A stretch of 23,893 nucleotides of DNA, from NCBI GenBank assembly GCA_052168235.1, contig JBQLZK010000083.1:1-23893 (forward strand), in the 5' to 3' direction. Of this stretch, positions 1-9,237 are shown piece after piece. Both the position numbers and the translations under genes were made by a program. Numbering within the stretch: the stretch's first letter is position 1; every line of letters begins with the position of its first letter. The stretch comes from Thainema sp. Its GTDB lineage: Bacteria > Cyanobacteriota > Cyanobacteriia > Phormidesmidales > Phormidesmidaceae. Below the pieces are notes generated by a model that made no database searches, was not told the origin of the DNA, and worked only from the letters and a program-made list of their open reading frames with translations.

Positions 1-52
1 CTTGCCAGTGCGGTCATCACATTTCGCTCATCTGAGGTTTTCGGATAGGCTC
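1..52 (+). mobile_element. 3' end of a probable IS5-family (IS1031-like) element: transposase C-terminus and right terminal repeat
   Basis: Frame 1 reads LASAVITFRSSEVFG* (stop 46-48), resembling IS5 transposase C-termini. It ends in TTTTCGGATAGGCTC (reverse complement GAGCCTATCCGAAAA) followed by TTA (53-55), consistent with a TWA target. Family assigned from recall only. Confidence 0.5.
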
Positions 53-166
53 TTACCCGGTACCTGTATTTCGATAGTTGGGATCATCTGCTCACCTTCA
101 TGCTCCAGGGACTTGAGCTAGAGATCCCGCCCAATAGCAGTTGAATTTCCAAAATGAGAATTGCTG
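53..166 (+). mobile_element. 3' remnant of an ISNCY-like cyanobacterial IS (transposase C-terminus and right end)
   Basis: Frame 1 reads LTRYLYFDSWDHLLTFMLQGLELEIPPNSS* (stop 142-144), followed by CAAAATGAGAATTGCTG (150-166). Both resemble the C-terminus and end of a common cyanobacterial ISNCY-type element. Not in the ORF track. Confidence 0.55.
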
Positions 167-342
167 CAATTGGGTTGACCATTATGTGGATGACGTGATG
201 GAAACCGCCTGCGGGTTGCACAATGTCCGCTTGACCCATCGAACACAGCAACGGAGTTCTCTGAGCAAAGCTGCTTAATCCTAAACAACCACGGGTGAAG
301 TCGACTTGCAGCAACATTCTCTCCTATTTCCGATAAAGTCTA
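167..342 (+). mobile_element. 3' remnant of a DDE_Tnp_4 (IS5/ISL2-like) transposase and its right end
   Basis: 168-278 translates NWVDHYVDDVMETACGLHNVRLTHRTQQRSSLSKAA*; the CGLHNxR motif is typical of DDE_Tnp_4 C-termini. Probable terminal repeat TATTTCCGATAAAGTCTA at 325-342. Confidence 0.55.
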
Positions 343-363
343 TAGAGTATTCAGTTCTGGCAA

Positions 364-1917
364 TTAAGAATTTTCAGCCTGTGCCAAGATGTCAGGAGTC
401 GTCTCTTGATTTAGACAGCGATCATAAATACGACGATAGGCGGGCAAAAACCTTTGGACAGAAGCTTCTGAAGCTCCAAGCACAGGCAGCAATTGCTGAT
501 GTAGATCACAAATTTTTTCGATAATTTGTGCTTCATCAATCACTGTCAGAGTACTGTTTTCCATAACCACAGCCCCATCGACAAGAACTAGATCGACAGA
601 TGCTCCTGTTTCTGCGTAAGTGAGCTGTCTTAAAGGATTATTTAGAGGGACAAAAGGCATGCGATCGCATCGGTAGCCTACCAAATCAGCTCGGTATCCC
701 ACGGCCACCTTGCCCAACTGGTGGCCATAGCCAAATGCCTTTGCACCGCCTATGGTGGCACAGTGAAATGCTTCTTCCGCAGAAACCCATCGCTCTGGTG
801 GTTCGTAGGGAGATTTATTTAAGAGAGCAGCAGCCTGCAATACCGACAGCATATTCACACTATCGCGAGAACCACAACCATCGCTGGCCAGAGCGACACT
901 GACGTCGGCCTCCAGAAAAGCCCGCACTGGCATGCGGCCACTACCCAGCTTGAGATTCGATAGCGGGTTGTAGACCGCACTGGCTTCTGACTGGGCTAGC
1001 AGTTCGATATCTCTGGCCGTCAGCCAGACACAGTGTTGCAGGGCAAGTCGCTCTGATAAAATCCCTAAATCATTCAGGTACTCCACCATAGAGCGCTGAT
1101 AGAACAACTGCCCCGTTACTGCTTGTAAACGAGTTTCCAGCAGGTGCATAATCATCGGCAAATCATGGGTTGCCGCCAGGTCTGCTAGTGTTTCTAGCAG
1201 GCTGGGTGTACACCGTTGTGGGGCGGAAGGAGCAACTACATAACCCACTCGGTGCTGTTTGGGATGCCTGACCTGAGCAAGGTGCTGTGCAAGCTCAAGG
1301 ATGCGATCGCGGTTGGGGGCTCCCTGTTGATCCAACTCTTGCCGCAGGGAAGGCGGCATTTCTTCGTCAAAGAACGGCACAGCTCGGTAAAAGGGCAAGT
1401 CATATAGACTGACGCTGACCAAGGCCCGCAAGCCGATATCTTCATAGGCCCGAAAAACCGCTTCAATGCAATCCATTGAAAACTGGGGGGCTTGGTTGAC
1501 GTCATCGACGACGAAGGTTGTCCCAGTACGCAGGGCTTCAATAGCTCCGATCATCGTGCGCAAGTAGACCTGCTCGGGCGTCAGGGGGGCGATCGGTACA
1601 GGGGGCCGCACATAGTGCATCCACAACTCCAGGGGCAAATTGTCGAACCGGCCTTTGTGAAAATGCTCGTGGGAATGAAAATGCCCATTAATCAGGCCAG
1701 GGGCAATCAGCAGATGGGCTGCATCCAGCATCAGACAATCTGGCGGGTGAGCCAACTTTGGCCCGATCGCGGTAATGATGCCCTGTTCAATCAAGATGTC
1801 GGTGTTGGTCAAAGGAGGGGCGTAGGCCGATGGCAAAACCCGTGCATTTTTGATAATCAAGCTATGGGGTGAAGCAGGTGCAGTCATCATTGGGGTCTCT
1901 GGAGACGCTACGAACAA
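364..1917 (-). CDS. Metal-dependent amidohydrolase (AtzA/TrzA/MTA-SAH deaminase-like)
   Basis: 517 aa ORF with PGLINGHFH (HxH), HLLET (HxxE), QHCVW, ALASDG and GKVAVGYRADLV motifs. The true start may be a few codons downstream (MMTAP). Confidence 0.9.
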   Translation of the reverse strand: MFVASPETPMMTAPASPHSLIIKNARVLPSAYAPPLTNTDILIEQGIITAIGPKLAHPPDCLMLDAAHLLIAPGLINGHFHSHEHFHKGRFDNLPLELWMHYVRPPVPIAPLTPEQVYLRTMIGAIEALRTGTTFVVDDVNQAPQFSMDCIEAVFRAYEDIGLRALVSVSLYDLPFYRAVPFFDEEMPPSLRQELDQQGAPNRDRILELAQHLAQVRHPKQHRVGYVVAPSAPQRCTPSLLETLADLAATHDLPMIMHLLETRLQAVTGQLFYQRSMVEYLNDLGILSERLALQHCVWLTARDIELLAQSEASAVYNPLSNLKLGSGRMPVRAFLEADVSVALASDGCGSRDSVNMLSVLQAAALLNKSPYEPPERWVSAEEAFHCATIGGAKAFGYGHQLGKVAVGYRADLVGYRCDRMPFVPLNNPLRQLTYAETGASVDLVLVDGAVVMENSTLTVIDEAQIIEKICDLHQQLLPVLGASEASVQRFLPAYRRIYDRCLNQETTPDILAQAENS

Positions 1918-1977
1918 TTCTTGAATAGTGGATTCATCAACGCTTTAGAAACGGGTTTATGCTAATCTTTCCTAGGG

Positions 1978-2019
1978 ACTGTATACAGAAAAGATGATGG
2001 AAGCTGTATACGGGGTTAC
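1978..2019 (-). promoter_or_regulatory. Class II NtcA promoter P1, upstream of amidohydrolase 364-1917
   Basis: GTA-tacggggt-TAC at 2006-2019, exactly 22 nt spacer (1984-2005), minus-strand -10 TACAGT at 1978-1983. Confidence 0.75.
1979..1988. promoter_or_regulatory. Palindrome CTGTATACAG, putative GntR operator overlapping the P1 -10 box
   Basis: Perfect 10-bp palindrome, repeated at 10028-10037. A near copy CTGTATACGG at 2004-2013 overlaps the NtcA box. Confidence 0.6.
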
Positions 2020-2089
2020 GAGAATTGAGCAGGATGTCTCCCTGAGACACATCTCCTGAGTCTAAATTTCCTTCGCGGCCTGAAGAGTT

Positions 2090-2776
2090 ATGCAAATACT
2101 CCTGGTGAACAGCAATTCAACAATAGCGGTCACCGATCGCATGGTTGAAGCTGCCAACACGGTAGCTTCCCCGCATACCACCGTTACCGGGATGACCGCC
2201 TCCGGTGCTGCGGTCATCCGTTCTCACTTCGAATTTGCAGAGGCCGCTGTGCAAACGGTGCTAGCACTTCAGCAAAACGCTGCTGGGCACGATGCCGCCA
2301 TCATTGGCTGCTTTGGCGATCCTGGGCTGAAGGCCGCTCGCCAGGAACTTGATATTCCCGTTGTCGGGTTGGCTGAAGCGGCCATGCTCATGGCCCATCC
2401 ATTAGGAGGGCGCTACAGCGTCATCACCTTTGGCCAGCACCATAGAATCAACATTGCCGATTTAGCACGCAGCTATGGTCTCCACTCGCGTTTGGCTTCT
2501 GTACGTATTGCTCAGGTTAGCTACAGCGCCATTTTAGAAGACCCTGGCCAGGCTTTAGACGCTTGTGTGGAAGCCGGTAAACAAGCTCTGAGTCAAGATG
2601 GAGCCGATGTTTTGATTCTCGGTGGTGGACCGGTAGCAGGCATGGCATCCAAAGTCTCAGTTATGTTGGATGTACCTGTATTAGACAGCCTTGCCTGCGC
2701 CACAAAACTAGCTGAATCTTTGGCCGCTTGTGGTTACAAAACGAGTCGATTTGGTCTTTATCAATCTGTTTTATAG
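2090..2776 (+). CDS. Asp/Glu/hydantoin racemase family protein (allantoin/hydantoin racemase-like)
   Basis: ILLVNSNS N-terminus, IIGCFGDPGL (Cys74), PVVGLAEAAM, GADVLILGGG. The second catalytic Cys position is Gly179. Confidence 0.85.
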   Translation: MQILLVNSNSTIAVTDRMVEAANTVASPHTTVTGMTASGAAVIRSHFEFAEAAVQTVLALQQNAAGHDAAIIGCFGDPGLKAARQELDIPVVGLAEAAMLMAHPLGGRYSVITFGQHHRINIADLARSYGLHSRLASVRIAQVSYSAILEDPGQALDACVEAGKQALSQDGADVLILGGGPVAGMASKVSVMLDVPVLDSLACATKLAESLAACGYKTSRFGLYQSVL

Positions 2777-2787
2777 GAGGCGTTCCT

Positions 2788-3612
2788 TTGACTCTGTCTC
2801 AAACAGCTCCCCACCGGAGTGGTTCGCGCTATGAACAAGCCTATTTGGCTTTGCGCTCTGCAATTTTGTCGGGAGATATTACTGCCGATGAAAGACTGAT
2901 TGAAACCCAATTAGCCGAAAAATTACAGATCAGCCGCACACCGGTCAGAGAGGCCATTCGCTGTTTGCAGCAAGAAAGCCTAATTCAAATGGATGCGGAT
3001 GGAGGCCTATACGTCGTCAAGCTCTCTTTAGACGATGCGCTCAAACTCTACGACTGTCGGGTGGCATTGGAGCGATTGGCCGTTGTCGAGGCCTGCCAGA
3101 ATGCTACTGACCAACAGCTTCAGGCGATTGAAGAGAATCTGGCGCTCGCTGAAGCGATGACGGAGCAAGATCAGCAAACTGTCGATCGAATTCGGTTACT
3201 CACCTTAAATTGTGAGTTTCATCAACTCATTGCTCAGAGTTCTGGCAATGCCTGGATTATTTCACTGTTAGATCAAATTTCTCAAAAAATCACATTGATT
3301 CGGGTCCAAACTTTAAGGGGCATAGATCAACTGATTGATATTGATACTGAGCACCGTAAAATCTACGAGGCCATCGCTCAACGAGACCCAGTTACCGCTG
3401 AGAAGGAAATCGTGGATCATTTACGGAAAAGCCAAAAGAGAATTTTCGAAGTCTTTCAGCAAACTGAAATAAACGCTCCAACTTCCCCTGACAACGAAAC
3501 AAAATGTCCTCGATGTGGTTCCGTTGATATCAGCCGGAATGGGCGGCGCAGCTCTGGCCGACAAAATTATTTGTGCAAAGCCTGTGGGCGGCAGTTTTCA
3601 GAATGCAGATGA
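2788..3612 (+). CDS. GntR-family (FadR/FCD) transcriptional regulator with C-terminal zinc ribbon
   Basis: wHTH motif LIETQLAEKLQISRTPVREAI and FCD-like NCEFHQLI/EHRKIYEAI, then a CPRC...CKAC tail. Start moved to TTG 2788, behind AGGAGG at 2775-2780 (the track gives 2728). Confidence 0.9.
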   Translation: MTLSQTAPHRSGSRYEQAYLALRSAILSGDITADERLIETQLAEKLQISRTPVREAIRCLQQESLIQMDADGGLYVVKLSLDDALKLYDCRVALERLAVVEACQNATDQQLQAIEENLALAEAMTEQDQQTVDRIRLLTLNCEFHQLIAQSSGNAWIISLLDQISQKITLIRVQTLRGIDQLIDIDTEHRKIYEAIAQRDPVTAEKEIVDHLRKSQKRIFEVFQQTEINAPTSPDNETKCPRCGSVDISRNGRRSSGRQNYLCKACGRQFSECR

Positions 3613-3641
3613 TTCAAACTTAGCGATGTTACAGGTTTTTT

Positions 3642-4502
3642 CTACCCTCGCTTCACCAAACTCTGGGAGAGCCCAGCGACGCGCTCAACGATCACAATCA
3701 ACATCGCCGTGACCACCACAATCACTCCAGATACTGCCGCCGCGCGAATGTCCAGGTCGTTCTCGATCATGGACCAGAGCCGAATTGGTAAGACCTGAGT
3801 TCGCGCATCGGCTAAAAAGACCGAAATCGCTAGATTATCAAAAGAGGTGAGAAACACTACCAGACTCCCGGCAATTACCCCCTTGCGCGTGAGCGGCAGC
3901 ATAACTCGCAGAAAGGTATAGAACGCATTGGCTCCCAGGCTGGTAGAGGCCTGCTCTAGAGAGGTTTCAAACTGGGCTAGACTAGCCAGGGTGGTGCGCG
4001 TAACGTAGGGAATGCAGGTGACGATGTGGGCGATGACCAGGGCTAGGATAGAAGTGCGTAGCCCCGTCAGATTAAAAAAGAGCAGCACCGCCAGCCCAAT
4101 GGAAACCCCAGGTACCGCCAAGGGAGACATGATCAGGGCATCCATACTTTGCACCCAAACGGTGCGGCTACGGGAAAGGGGAATCGCTGCCGCCACTCCC
4201 AGCAAGGCACACACCAGAGTAGTGACCGCCGCAATCCAGAGGCTGTTCCAAAGGGCCGAATGCAGCTCAGTGAATTCGACCAAGGCCTGATACCACTGCA
4301 GGGAAATTCCCGTCGGCGGAAAGTTCAAGGAAGATGAAGCGCTGAAGGACATGATCAGGATGATCCCGGTAGGCACGTTGAGCACCATCAGCGCCAAACC
4401 TGCCAAAATCACCATCACGCCCTGGAAAGACAGACGTTCCCAATCCCACTGGGTCCAGGTGAACCGGGAGGACCGATGCATCGATTTAGGTAACGTTTTC
4501 AT
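3642..4502 (-). CDS. ABC transporter permease, PotC-like
   Basis: Hydrophobic; FPPTGISLQWY and EAA-loop equivalent LEQASTSLGA. ATG at 4502 preferred over TTG 4514. Confidence 0.9.
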   Translation of the reverse strand: MKTLPKSMHRSSRFTWTQWDWERLSFQGVMVILAGLALMVLNVPTGIILIMSFSASSSLNFPPTGISLQWYQALVEFTELHSALWNSLWIAAVTTLVCALLGVAAAIPLSRSRTVWVQSMDALIMSPLAVPGVSIGLAVLLFFNLTGLRTSILALVIAHIVTCIPYVTRTTLASLAQFETSLEQASTSLGANAFYTFLRVMLPLTRKGVIAGSLVVFLTSFDNLAISVFLADARTQVLPIRLWSMIENDLDIRAAAVSGVIVVVTAMLIVIVERVAGLSQSLVKRG

Positions 4503-5343
4503 GGGTTCTGACAACTCGGTTAAAGGAACTAAACGCCACCACCATCACTAGCACAGACAGCAACAGCACCGTAGACACCGCTGCCGCATTAGAGAAATTC
4601 AGCAAGGTCATCGCCTGCTGGTAGATATAGGTCGGCATAAATAACAGCCGGGAGCCGCCAATAATGGAAGGCGTTACAAAGGAACTAACGGCCAGCACAA
4701 AGACCAGCAAGCACCCCGAAATAATCCCCGGCACCGTCAGAGGCACGGTTACATGCCAGAAGGTTCGCCAGGCACCGGCTCCCAGACTGGCCGACGCGCT
4801 TTCCAGATTGCGGTCTACCTGCACCATAACCGCGATTAGGGAAAGCACCATCAGCGGCATATGAATTTGCGTTAGGGCCAGCACCACCCCCTGATGGGTA
4901 AACAGTAGCTTTAGCGGTTCGGCAATTATCCCCAGGTGAAGCAAAACCGTATTGATCACGCCGTTACGCCCCAAAATCACTACCCAGGCGAAGGACCGCA
5001 CCACGACACTGGTCAGCAGGGGCAGGAGAATTAAAAAGGTGAGCCAGGCCTGCCATTGCTGGGGAGTGCGCACGTACAGATAGGCCAGGGGATATCCCAA
5101 AAACAGGCTGAGCAGCATTACCTTGAGGCCCAGCCACAGGGTGTCAAAGAGAATTTTGAGATTGTAGGTATCGCCCCAAAACCGGGCATAGTGCTCCAGG
5201 CTAAAGCTGCTGAACTGACGATCTGCCGAAAAGCCCATGGCAATCAGCACCGCCAGTGGAGCGACATAAAACAGCAGCAGAAATGCCGCCAGGGGCAGCA
5301 CTAACTGCCATTCCTTCGGCTTCAGGAAAAGCTGAGTCGTCAC
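4486..5343 (-). CDS. ABC transporter permease, PotB-like
   Basis: LGYPLAY, SVVVRSFAWVVILGRNGVIN, LESASASLGA, SSFVTPSIIGG. Confidence 0.9.
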   Translation of the reverse strand: MTTQLFLKPKEWQLVLPLAAFLLLFYVAPLAVLIAMGFSADRQFSSFSLEHYARFWGDTYNLKILFDTLWLGLKVMLLSLFLGYPLAYLYVRTPQQWQAWLTFLILLPLLTSVVVRSFAWVVILGRNGVINTVLLHLGIIAEPLKLLFTHQGVVLALTQIHMPLMVLSLIAVMVQVDRNLESASASLGAGAWRTFWHVTVPLTVPGIISGCLLVFVLAVSSFVTPSIIGGSRLLFMPTYIYQQAMTLLNFSNAAAVSTVLLLSVLVMVVAFSSFNRVVRTHENVT

Positions 5344-5352
5344 AGTGACCTC

Positions 5353-6462
5353 CTAGACCGCGACTTCGCGGTTGAAGCGTTCGATCCAGGTGGGCAGGTT
5401 CTCGCTGATTTTAGCCCAATCTAGCGGAATCAGCCGATCTACTACTTCTTCAGTGGTGCGTCCCAGCCGTTCCCCAACAAAGCCGGGGATTTGCACATTG
5501 CGGTTGGTTGGCACGAAGTAGTAGGGAGCTGAGGCCATTTTGGTTTGCACTTCGGTGCTCATGGCCGCATCAATGTAGGTCACGGCCAGTTCCCGTGAGC
5601 GGGGATTCTTCACCACATGCATGGAGGGGCTGATCAACATCGCACCCTCCGAAGGAACGGCCCAGTCTACCGGACTGCCATCGGCGGCCAGGGGAGCGAC
5701 ATTGTTGAGGTAGTGGGGAGCAATATCCACTTCTCCCTGCTGAAACAGGGTAGATAGAGCACCGGGGTTAGGCGCGATCGCAGCTACATTGGGCAGCAAC
5801 TCTTGAATCGCCTCGAAAGCGGGATCAATATTGTCTTCGCCACCGCCCCGCATGCGGGCGAGCTGCACCATAAAGGCAGTACCTACAGTGCTTTGCATAC
5901 TGACCAGGCCAACCCGACCGGTGTATTCCGGTTTCCAGAGGTCTTCCCAGGAGGTGGGGGGAGTGGTAATGCGTTCCGTGTTATAGCCAAGCCCGATCGC
6001 CTGAACCGCAATGGTTGGTCCCCAACCTTCCTCAGCGTTCTGGTACTGGGGCAGCAGCTCGCCGAAGGTTTTACTCATGTCTGCCGGAAAGGGCTGAATG
6101 ATTTCGGCGATTGGAGCGGTGCGTAGCGGCCCTTCGTCCATAATCACGACATCATAAGGAGGGCTGTCGGGAGCAGCGGTGAGCTGGGCGATTTGATCGA
6201 CCGCCAGCAAGGGTACCAGACTCACAGAGTTACCTGTCGTGGTTTGAAAGTACTCTGCTAGAATGGTGCGATGGGCTTCTTCCCAGCTACCGGGGAAGGT
6301 GGAGGCAACCACTTCCCCAACCTCAGGGGTCTCTGCTGCCGGATCACTACTGCCGCCGGAGCGACAGCTTTTGATCAGCAAACTGGTGCCGACAAATAGC
6401 CCCGCTCCCAATACTGAACGGCGGCTCATGCGGGTTAAATAGCGTGAAGACGAAGAGTTCAT
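5353..6462 (-). CDS. ABC substrate-binding lipoprotein, PotD/PotF-like fold
   Basis: Twin-arginine-like SRRSVL signal, lipobox-like LIKSC, PTSWEDLWKPEYTGRV. GGAGG RBS upstream. Confidence 0.88.
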   Translation of the reverse strand: MNSSSSRYLTRMSRRSVLGAGLFVGTSLLIKSCRSGGSSDPAAETPEVGEVVASTFPGSWEEAHRTILAEYFQTTTGNSVSLVPLLAVDQIAQLTAAPDSPPYDVVIMDEGPLRTAPIAEIIQPFPADMSKTFGELLPQYQNAEEGWGPTIAVQAIGLGYNTERITTPPTSWEDLWKPEYTGRVGLVSMQSTVGTAFMVQLARMRGGGEDNIDPAFEAIQELLPNVAAIAPNPGALSTLFQQGEVDIAPHYLNNVAPLAADGSPVDWAVPSEGAMLISPSMHVVKNPRSRELAVTYIDAAMSTEVQTKMASAPYYFVPTNRNVQIPGFVGERLGRTTEEVVDRLIPLDWAKISENLPTWIERFNREVAV

Positions 6463-6569
6463 AACGACCTCCAGGGAAAAAGAAAATAAAGAATAAAACT
6501 TCGATAGTCAGCTCGGTTTGGGAATTAGCCCCTAACACCAGTTGCAAACGGGGGAAGGATGATGGGGCT

Positions 6570-7775
6570 CTATCGATGTGTGAGAAACGAGCGAGTTCCT
6601 GAGTTGAGCAAGTCTATGCATTCGGGCTTTTCCCCATGCTCTTGGGGCGGAAACAACCCACAGGCCTGCTCCGACACCAGCTCTAAGAACACGGCCTGCC
6701 CTGCCTGAAACTGAGGCGTTCCCAGCACACGGGACTCGGTTACCTTGATTTCCTGACCATCGTGCGTGCGCATTTCGTAAACCGTAGAGGGACCTAGGGG
6801 CAAACTCATTTCCACGGTGGCAGCCAGACGATAGCTGCCGGGTTCACGGTGAATCCGCAGATTTTCAGGGCGAATGCTCATCAAGATCGCTTGATGGACG
6901 GGAACGGGTGGGGCGATCGCACTCTTTAATACCCCAGCCGTGCCAAAGCTGACTGTGCAACCGCTGGCGGTGGTTGTCTCCACCTGACCGGCAAGCAGGT
7001 TTGACGTACCCACGAATTGACTGACAAACAGAGAGGCGGGATGGTCGTAAAGTTCTTGAGGCGTAGCCACCTGCTGAATTACCCCGTGATCCATAACCGC
7101 AATGCGATCGGCCATGGTCATCGCTTCTTCCTGATCGTGGGTGACAAAGACAGTGGTAATGCCCCGCTGGTTCAGCAGCCGCTTTACCTCAATCTGCATA
7201 TCCAACCGCAGGCTCTTATCCAGGGCGCTAAAGGGCTCATCCAGCAGTAGAATGCGGGGTTCGACCGCCAGGGCTCGGGCCAGGGCGACCCGCTGCTGTT
7301 GCCCGCCGGATAGCTCTTTGGGATAGCGATCGGCCATTCCCTGAAGCTTTACCAGAGCCAGCATTTCATCAATTTGCGTCTGCTGCCGCTGGCGCGGATA
7401 CCCCTGGGCCTTCAGTCCGTAGGCAATGTTTTGCCGCACCGTCATGTGGGGAAACAGCGCATAGTTTTGAAACACAATCCCTATGCCTCGCCGGTTGGGT
7501 GGCACCGCATCGACCCGCTGCTGACCGATGTAGATGCGTCCCTGGGTGGGCTGCAAAAATCCAGAAATGAGCTTCAGCAGAGTCGTCTTGCCACAGCCGC
7601 TAGAACCTAGGAGAGAGACAAATTCCCCTGCCGCCACCTCTAAATTCACCGTTTTTAGCGCTGTGAAGGAGCCAAAGCGGTGGGTAATCTGGTCCAAGGT
7701 CAGCGGATATTGCGCTTGCTCAGTACCGCTATCTTTAGGGGGAGCCGTGATATTACGAGGAACGGTCAGGTTCAT
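6570..7775 (-). CDS. ABC transporter ATPase, PotA-like, with C-terminal TOBE-type region
   Basis: Walker [47 protein letters not shown]. Confidence 0.93.
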   Translation of the reverse strand: MNLTVPRNITAPPKDSGTEQAQYPLTLDQITHRFGSFTALKTVNLEVAAGEFVSLLGSSGCGKTTLLKLISGFLQPTQGRIYIGQQRVDAVPPNRRGIGIVFQNYALFPHMTVRQNIAYGLKAQGYPRQRQQTQIDEMLALVKLQGMADRYPKELSGGQQQRVALARALAVEPRILLLDEPFSALDKSLRLDMQIEVKRLLNQRGITTVFVTHDQEEAMTMADRIAVMDHGVIQQVATPQELYDHPASLFVSQFVGTSNLLAGQVETTTASGCTVSFGTAGVLKSAIAPPVPVHQAILMSIRPENLRIHREPGSYRLAATVEMSLPLGPSTVYEMRTHDGQEIKVTESRVLGTPQFQAGQAVFLELVSEQACGLFPPQEHGEKPECIDLLNSGTRSFLTHR

Positions 7776-7806
7776 GGCAACCTCGGAAAGGACTTCAAGC
7801 TGGACA

Positions 7807-9237
7807 TCAGGATGGACTGGAGAATTTTGGGCGGGCGGCGGCTGGGCGATCGCAGGGCAGAAACTGCCCCCGTCCGGCCTGGGCTAAGAGAGTGCCGCGA
7901 TCGCACACCACCTCGCCCCGAGAAACCACCGTTTCCGGCCAACCCTGCAGTTCCATTCCTTCGTAGGGGGTGTAGTCTACGTTGTGGTGCAGCAGATCGT
8001 TGGTGAGGACGACCTTACGGTCAGGATCCCAAATCGCCAGGTCGGCATCCGCTCCCACCGCAATGGTGCCTTTGCGGGGATATAGACCGTAGAGTTTGGC
8101 GGGTTGGGTTGCAGTCAGGGCGACAAAGGTGTTGATATCCATGTGACCCTTCATCACCCCCTCCGAAAACAGCAACGGTAGCCGAGTTTCTATCCCAGGA
8201 ATGCCGTTGGGAACGTATTTGAAGGAGGCGCTGGTGCCCTGAATTTGCTTACCCTGGGGGTCGTTATAGCGAAAGGGCGCATGGTCTGATGAGAAGACCT
8301 GAAACACACCGCTGACAAGACCATCCCAGATCACCTGTTGATTGGCTTTATCCCGCGGGGGAGGGCTACAGATGCATTTAGCGCCCTCAAAACAGCCGGG
8401 TTCGCCCAGATCTTCTTCAGTCAGAAATAAATACTGGGGGCAGGTTTCCGCATAGATACGTAGGCCCCGATTCTGAGCCCACTGAATCTGCTCCACCGCC
8501 TCCGCCCCCGAGACATGGACAATCAAAATCGGCACATCGACTAGTTCTGCGATCGCGATCGCCCGATGGGTTGCCTCGCGCTCGACCACCATCGGCCGAG
8601 AAGCTGCGTGGTACCGGGGCGCAATCTGACCCAGCCGTTCCAGCCGTCGCACCATCCAGCCGATGCAGTCAGCAGCATTTTCCGCATGAATCATGACAAA
8701 GGCCTGCTCTTGGCGGGCTACGGCCAGGATGTCCAGCATCTGCCGATCATCTAGCTTCAGGTCGTCATAGGTCATGTAGACCTTGAAAGAGCTGTAACCC
8801 GACCCGACCAACTGGGGCAATTCATAATCCAAAACGTCAGGCGTTGGGTCCGACACAATCAGGTGAAAGGCATAGTCAATCACCGGCTTGCCCTCAGCCC
8901 GCTGGTGGTAGTCCACCACAGCATCCTTCAGGGACTGTCCCCGCATCTGACAGGCAAAGGGAACCACGGTCGTAGTGCCACCAAAGGCGGCAGACACAGT
9001 GCCTGTGTAAAAGTCATCCGCCATTACCGATCCGTCAGACATGGGTTGATCCAGGTGGCAGTGGGCATCTACTCCCCCTGGCAAAACCCATTTACCCCTG
9101 GCGTCAATTTCCTGAGTTCCCTGTAGACCTTGAGCCAAAGCGGCAATCTGACCGTTGCGGATGCCAATATCGCAGTTCATCACATCGGCAGCAGTGGCCA
9201 ACCGTCCATTGCGAATGACCAGATCAAAATCCGTCAT
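7807..9237 (-). CDS. hydA: Dihydropyrimidinase / D-hydantoinase
   Basis: PGGVDAHCH, AAFGGTTT, SFKVYMTY (carbamylated Lys position), HAEN, VHVS, ETCPQYL, SSDHAPF, PNGIPGIETRLP. 4-bp ATGA overlap with the upstream gene. Confidence 0.92.
   Translation of the reverse strand: MTDFDLVIRNGRLATAADVMNCDIGIRNGQIAALAQGLQGTQEIDARGKWVLPGGVDAHCHLDQPMSDGSVMADDFYTGTVSAAFGGTTTVVPFACQMRGQSLKDAVVDYHQRAEGKPVIDYAFHLIVSDPTPDVLDYELPQLVGSGYSSFKVYMTYDDLKLDDRQMLDILAVARQEQAFVMIHAENAADCIGWMVRRLERLGQIAPRYHAASRPMVVEREATHRAIAIAELVDVPILIVHVSGAEAVEQIQWAQNRGLRIYAETCPQYLFLTEEDLGEPGCFEGAKCICSPPPRDKANQQVIWDGLVSGVFQVFSSDHAPFRYNDPQGKQIQGTSASFKYVPNGIPGIETRLPLLFSEGVMKGHMDINTFVALTATQPAKLYGLYPRKGTIAVGADADLAIWDPDRKVVLTNDLLHHNVDYTPYEGMELQGWPETVVSRGEVVCDRGTLLAQAGRGQFLPCDRPAAARPKFSSPS

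Noticed and set aside
84..524. ORFs 84-317 (-) and 306-524 (+)
   Set aside because: Antisense to the IS remnants and to the amidohydrolase 3' end; no recognisable motifs.
2035..2060. Small hairpin TGTCTC-CCT-GAGACA and repeated CCTGAG upstream of the racemase
   Set aside because: 6-bp stem, not repeated elsewhere; compatible with chance.
3502..3641. An IS1 element at the end of gntR
   Set aside because: No InsB/DDE region or terminal repeats; only the in-frame zinc ribbon is present.
3642..7775. Naming the transporter potABCD (polyamine uptake)
   Set aside because: Family resemblance only; the hydA context suggests another substrate.
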